Below are positions 59,052 to 64,000 of a DNA stretch of 64,000 nucleotides, piece by piece. The DNA comes from Eledone cirrhosa. Taxonomy: Eukaryota. The notes under the pieces are model-generated. The model worked only from the letters and a program-made list of their open reading frames with translations, did not search any database and was not told the DNA's origin. The stretch lies in the NCBI GenBank assembly GCA_964016885.1, contig OZ024748.1, positions 38,254,001 to 38,318,000 of the forward strand, written 5' to 3'. The translations under genes were made by a program, and so were the position numbers. Each line of letters starts with the position of its first letter. Within the stretch, counting starts at the first letter, position 1.

Positions 59052-59167
59052 TTCTAACCGACCCTACAGTAAAAGTGGCCCTCGGAGTTTTAATAGCAGT
59101 TGTTTCTATCTTAGCAATACTTGTGGTTGTTCTTGTCTTTATTGTTGTTACCAAGAATAAAAAATAA
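59052..59167 (+). pseudogene. Terminal transmembrane exon of the laccase-like gene
   Basis: Donor AAAG|GTAAGT at 51016/51017 and acceptor TTTGCAG at 59051, both phase 1; gives VLTDPTVKVALGVLIAVVSILAILVVVLVFIVVTKNKK*. Confidence 0.75.
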
Positions 59168-59304
59168 CGGATGAACCTTTATGTGAGCAACTGACAAGAG
59201 ATAAAGAAATCAAAGCCAAGATGTGTGTCATTGTCAATAATAATTGATTTAGAGAAAGTTATATTCAAAAGAATTTCCCAATTAAAAAAAAAATAAATAA
59301 TGAA

Positions 59305-59800
59305 ATGCTTTTCCTTTTTTACAGTTTACACAATATATTTTTTCATAAAATTCAAAGCAGTGACTTGAAACAACAATATGAAATAGATCCAAAATTTGGT
59401 TTGAGTCTAGATATACTACTAGTGTTAGCATGTATACCAGTAGACGCAGTGATAGCAAAATTATCCCTCCTGAAGCCCAAGAGGTCCTGAATTATTTCCA
59501 AGAGGTGTGGAAGGCCAGATAGGAAGGATTGTCTGATGACCACCATACTTTCCACATAAAATGTAGAATTTATACAAAGAAATTCTCCAGATGTTGCCAA
59601 AAATCAACTAACTCAGTGGATGGTTGGCCCAGAGATTTCCAAGGGAAGCTTCCCTCTCTCATATGTGGAAATTCGACTCTTAGCTCAATGGTAAGAGCAC
59701 CTAACCAGTATTTGGGACATACAGAGTTCGATTCTTCGTGGTGGAAACATTTTTTCTGTCTGTAGAGGTCTTTAGAAGTAATTGTAAAGCAACTGACTAG
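59305..59800 (+). pseudogene. Degenerate Mutator/MULE transposase remnant
   Basis: KIQSSDLKQQYEIDPKF...LACIPVDAV, STNSVDGW and HMWKF resemble the MULE KIQ..GL..Y..D..F...LAF.P..V, TNN.VEGW and HP.IWKF blocks; split across frames. Confidence 0.6.
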
Positions 59801-60319
59801 AATTGCAGTAATTTTCTACATAGGAGCTTCCTAAAACTTCTTAGAAATAAAAATATCTTTTTTATCTTAAATCATTTCAACGTGACAGTAATGAACATAA
59901 ACTATAGGGCTTCTCTTATGCAAAACATCAATTTATCAAAACGTAAATTTCCCAGTGTCTATGATATTTTATATATACATATGAATATGTGTGTGTGACA
60001 TACTAATCCGGTCCCAAAATGGAATATATTCTGTCGTCATTATTGGCAGGGCGAGTCAACAAATAAGGTAGTTTTAGATGTTGTTTCCAGGCAACAATAG
60101 ATTAACTTTATGGATATCATTGTCAAAGATAATTAATAGAACTATGTTAAAGAGAGAAATTTCTCTTCTAATAAAACGTAAATTCTCCGAGAGTTTGTTT
60201 TTACGTTGTTGTATATTGTGAGGAGACGAAGAAGTGATATATATATATACGTATATATATATGTGTGCGCGTGTGTGTGTGTGTGTGTGTAGTTTTGCAA
60301 GGTTTTTGATAGGAAACAA

Positions 60320-60726
60320 ATATTGCTATATTTGGGGAGGGACATATTGTTATAATATTGCCAGAAATAATAATAAAACACATTCACTGTTTGGTTTGGA
60401 TTGGTTTTTGTTTCTGTACATTTTATATCTCCATAGTTAATTTAGCTGGCAATCAATGTTTATCATTGATTGACCAATGGGAGGAAACATAATTGTACCA
60501 CTGATGATGTCACAGGTGTGTAATGAAAAAACTTTGATAGACTATATATGTATATTTATATCTATATTGTTAACTGTTGGTCAATCAATGATAAACATTG
60601 ATTGCCAGTTAAATTAACTATAGAGATATAAAATGTACAGAAACGAAAACCAATCCAAGTGACTGTGTTTTATTATTATTTGTGGCAATATTATAACAAT
60701 ATGACCCTCCCCAAATATAACAATAT
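60320..60726. mobile_element. Fold-back module related to 12393-13010, with degenerate hammerhead
   Basis: Arms about 60320-60476 / 60572-60726; shared terminus TGACCCTCCCCAAATATAACAATAT; CTGATGA TGTCACAGGTGTG...GAAA at 60501. Confidence 0.7.
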
Positions 60727-61258
60727 ATATATATATACGGACATACACTAAAAAAAATTTTTTTGCCACACGCCACCTACATCCACAATACGTATAAACA
60801 CCACACACACGTGCGTACCACCACATATTTACACACTCAGCCGGAATCCTCTCCTCTCCTCCCGTCCCCCACCCCTCTTACCCCTCCCCATCCACACACG
60901 CACACACACACCGACCTACACCCCACCCCACACGCACCTTTTCCTGAACATGCAACCCCGTTCTTCCCCCAACTCTCACATTCACATACACACACACACA
61001 CACATACACCTACACACACACACCACCTTCAGCCCTCCCCGCTCGGACAGCCCTCCTCCCTCTCCCCACTCCACCCACCACCACCCCTACACGCCCCACA
61101 CCCTTCCACCACTTGTTTTACTTCATGTTTATTTTTATTTTTATTATGCTTTTATATTTATTTTCATTTGTACCGTTTCCTCTCACCCCCTTTTTTCTAA
61201 ATGTCTCTCCCCCACTCCCCTACACACCCTTGGAACTCTCTTCCCACACACTTTTCGC

Positions 61259-61286
61259 CTGAAGAAGGGCTTATGCCCGAAACGTC
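61259..61286 (+). ncRNA. Minimal hammerhead core (stem I weak)
   Basis: CTGAAGA A GGGC-TTAT-GCCC GAAACGTC, followed by AATAAA and (TA)n. Confidence 0.6.
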
Positions 61287-61373
61287 GTTCCCCACCACCT
61301 CCCCACTCTCAAGAGCGTGAAACTAATAAACCTTTGTTCGTACTGCCTCTCTGTTTTGTTCCCGTCCAATTTT

Positions 61374-61425
<52 letters not shown>

Positions 61426-61501
61426 ATATTGTGGGGAGACGAGCAAGTGATATATATATATATAGTAAAACAGAAAAAAAGAATATAAAAAAAGATTATA
61501 T

Positions 61502-61538
<37 letters not shown>

Positions 61539-61579
61539 CATATATATACATTTATACGTATATATATATATATAAATAT

Positions 61580-61623
<44 letters not shown>

Positions 61624-61625
<2 letters not shown>

Positions 61626-61653
61626 TAGCAGAAGTACCCGGCGTTGCCCGGGT
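61624..61653 (-). mobile_element. Helitron-type 3' terminus (element extends rightwards, extent unknown)
   Basis: Minus strand: ACCCGGGCAACGCCGGGT-ACTTCTG-CTAG|T. Confidence 0.7.
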
Positions 61654-64000
61654 GTAAGTTGACCTTTGCTCTGTTGTTAAAATGTGTGAAAGTTACTTCC
61701 CGCGCGTCACAGGTGCAAAAACCTTCGAACCTCAAGGAAAAAAAACAGAGGTTAGTAGACGCAGGTGTGTAATTGAGCATAAATAATGGATCAATTGTAG
61801 GTACACAGTGTATCGTTGAAATTGTTCTTTGCACGACTGACGGATGTCAAATTCGCTTGAAATTGAATTTTCAGTTGATTTTTAAAGCAGGGTGAAAAAG
61901 TTGATTTTTTCACAGTTTTTTTTTTTTACAATTTTCGCGCTGATATCTGAACCGCAGCATAATGGCGAGTTTTTTGCGACAGTTTTCAAGAAAATCGGAC
62001 GTTCCTGTAAAAAGTTTTCCCATGTGCAACCTTGCCATTTTTTTTTGCGCAAAGTCGAACCCCGCTTCAGTTTTATTGATTTTTTACATGAATGCGTGAC
62101 CTCTGAAGTAGATTTGAGTAGCTAAAAACCTGTCCCGGTAAATTTGCTATAGGTGAAAAAAAGTTGATCAAAATTGTGTCTAGGGTTATTGCCCTTTGCA
62201 ACAGCCTCAACGTGTCTTCAAGTATGGTTTGTTAATTTGTTGTGGGACTAAATCGACTTTCGTCAAATCGGACCGAGGAAACAATGTTTCCATTTGTCTT
62301 TCTAGCTGGTGTACCGGTTACACTCGGGGTTATAAGGCGCTGGATTTAAACGGGTCTGCGTTAAATTCCAGCAGGATGCTTTAACCGAAATAAATGAAGA
62401 ACAAACGTTTCCTTTTGTGCTCCAATCTGTGATATTGGTATTTTGAAAAAATACTCCACAAACATCCATGGAGCATGTGTAACACATGTATCAGGTTATG
62501 AGAAAAAGGGTTTTCGATTCTCCATTCATAAGATACAAAAAAATTGCACGCAAATAAACCGGGATTTTAAGGCACTGCCCAATTCATAGCTGAAAGGTAA
62601 GAAACAAGTGGAATAATGTTTTGCGACATTGTCAAATGTACAACCGTACAAAAGCAAAGGATATACCATTGAAATCTAGGTAGACCAAAGAATTTGGTGG
62701 GGTTGTATATCAGAGGATTGTTTTCCTTGTGATTCGCGTCTAGCCTACAAAGTGAAGTTAGATGATTGTAGTCGGTGTTGTATCAATAAAAAATAAAAGC
62801 ATACGGAAGACTGAACACTTACGAATTAAGTGAAATTCACGTTGATATTCCTATCGGAGCAACATGTGCCGAAAAACCTGACGGACTGTTGTGTCAATAT
62901 TGAAATCGTAGAAATTGCGAATCCCGACCTCTAAGATGTAATGGATAGGCCTTGGGGGTGAAGAGGAAGAATTGGTACAATTGTTTTGCTGAACATGTTG
63001 ACCATTAATTTAAATAGACTTACGCAGCATCATCGTGCGGTTTTGTTGTTTATGGCCTAGAATGAGGGCCGGTTAAACGCGGCAGAAAAATAAGCCATGC
63101 TGATGATGTTTAGGGGCGTCGCAGGCAATAGATGCGGCGTTGTGAGTCAATTGTGAGGACAGTGGAAGGCACGCTGATCGCTTGAGAAGACGCGATGCTA
63201 CACAGGATGCTTCTCGGCCATAATTGACAGAAAGGCATGTCAGGAGAAATGAAAGAGTTGCTATTCATCCTTTGCTTAGCATGGTGAACATGTAATTAAA
63301 AAGATTTACCATGGACTATTGTGCACGTTGGTATTGTGTTTAGCCTGCGAAAATCGGTGGTCAAATGGGGCAACAATAAGCCATGCTGATGACGTTTAAG
63401 CGGGTGGTAAGGAATTGATGCGGCATAGATAGCCATGGGAGTCTTGAAGGAGCACGGCGGTCAGGCAAAAGAAAGGGCCGAGGAGGGGATGGTGGCTGAC
63501 AGTGCATGGATGCGGCATCCTGAGGCATGACGATGCAGTGGGACGGCGGCCAGCAGGCAAGGAAGAGGGCAGGGGTGGACGGGGGCAAGGATGCCGCATT
63601 GTGAGCCATAGCGGTCTTGAAGGAGCACTGCGGGAAGGCAAAAGAAAGGGTCAAGGTGGGGATGGCGGCTGACAGAGCATTGATGCGGCATGGTGATGCA
63701 TGATGATGCAGTGGGACGACGGCGTGCAGGGAACGGAGAGGGCAGGAGTTGACGGTGGCAGGGATGCGACTTGGTCCCTCAAGACTGCCATGCCTAGGCA
63801 GTGGAAAGGGTCGGGGAGTGGATGGCAGCTGACAGGGCAGAGATGCAACATGGTGAGGCATGACGAAAGGACAGGGTGCATGGCGGCTGACAGGGTGTGG
63901 ATGCGGCATGCCAATTGAGTTGCACCTGGAGTACCGGGAGGCACGATGATTGTTTGAGACAACCGGGTGCAAGGCAGGATGTTTATCGGCCATACATGAT

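Noticed and set aside
63361-63993. 210-aa Pro/His/Ser-rich ORF
   Set aside because: Overlapping ORFs in several frames of a GC-rich degenerate repeat; no recognisable domain.

Overview
AT-rich, microsatellite-saturated eukaryotic DNA, most likely octopus/cephalopod (inferred from the SINE families and the (TA)n, (TACA)n and (ACT/ACC)n load). About 90% of the supplied ORFs are translations of simple repeats. The real content is as follows. (1) At least four Penelope-like (PLE) RT/GIY-YIG families with the CNC-x5-CPL-x3-C linker of the Naiad type, including one near-complete element with pseudo-LTRs (51538-55573). (2) Many short non-coding fold-back modules sitting in (TA)n tracts; together with the PLEs they carry about 14 different hammerhead-ribozyme sequences, including a CAGAAGA core variant and one with a very long stem III, and several are followed by a GAGYRCTY octamer. 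(3) A decayed R4/Dong-type REL-endonuclease LINE in a (TACA)n tract, flanked by copies of a ~0.5-kb element with a covarying multi-stem 5' RNA structure. (4) tRNA-type SINEs with long TSDs at ATTA-like sites and a tail resembling the 3' UTR of that LINE. (5) Two hAT MITEs with internal satellites, two Helitron-type 3' ends and a MULE remnant. (6) A laccase/multicopper-oxidase pseudogene whose transmembrane anchor exon lies 8 kb downstream, beyond a PLE-filled intron. (7) A candidate spliced orphan gene for a Cys/Lys-rich, possibly secreted protein. (8) Several satellites, including a 7.8-kb ACT/ACC/ACA array with a 1209-bp higher-order duplication. All RNA folds and splice joins were worked out by eye.
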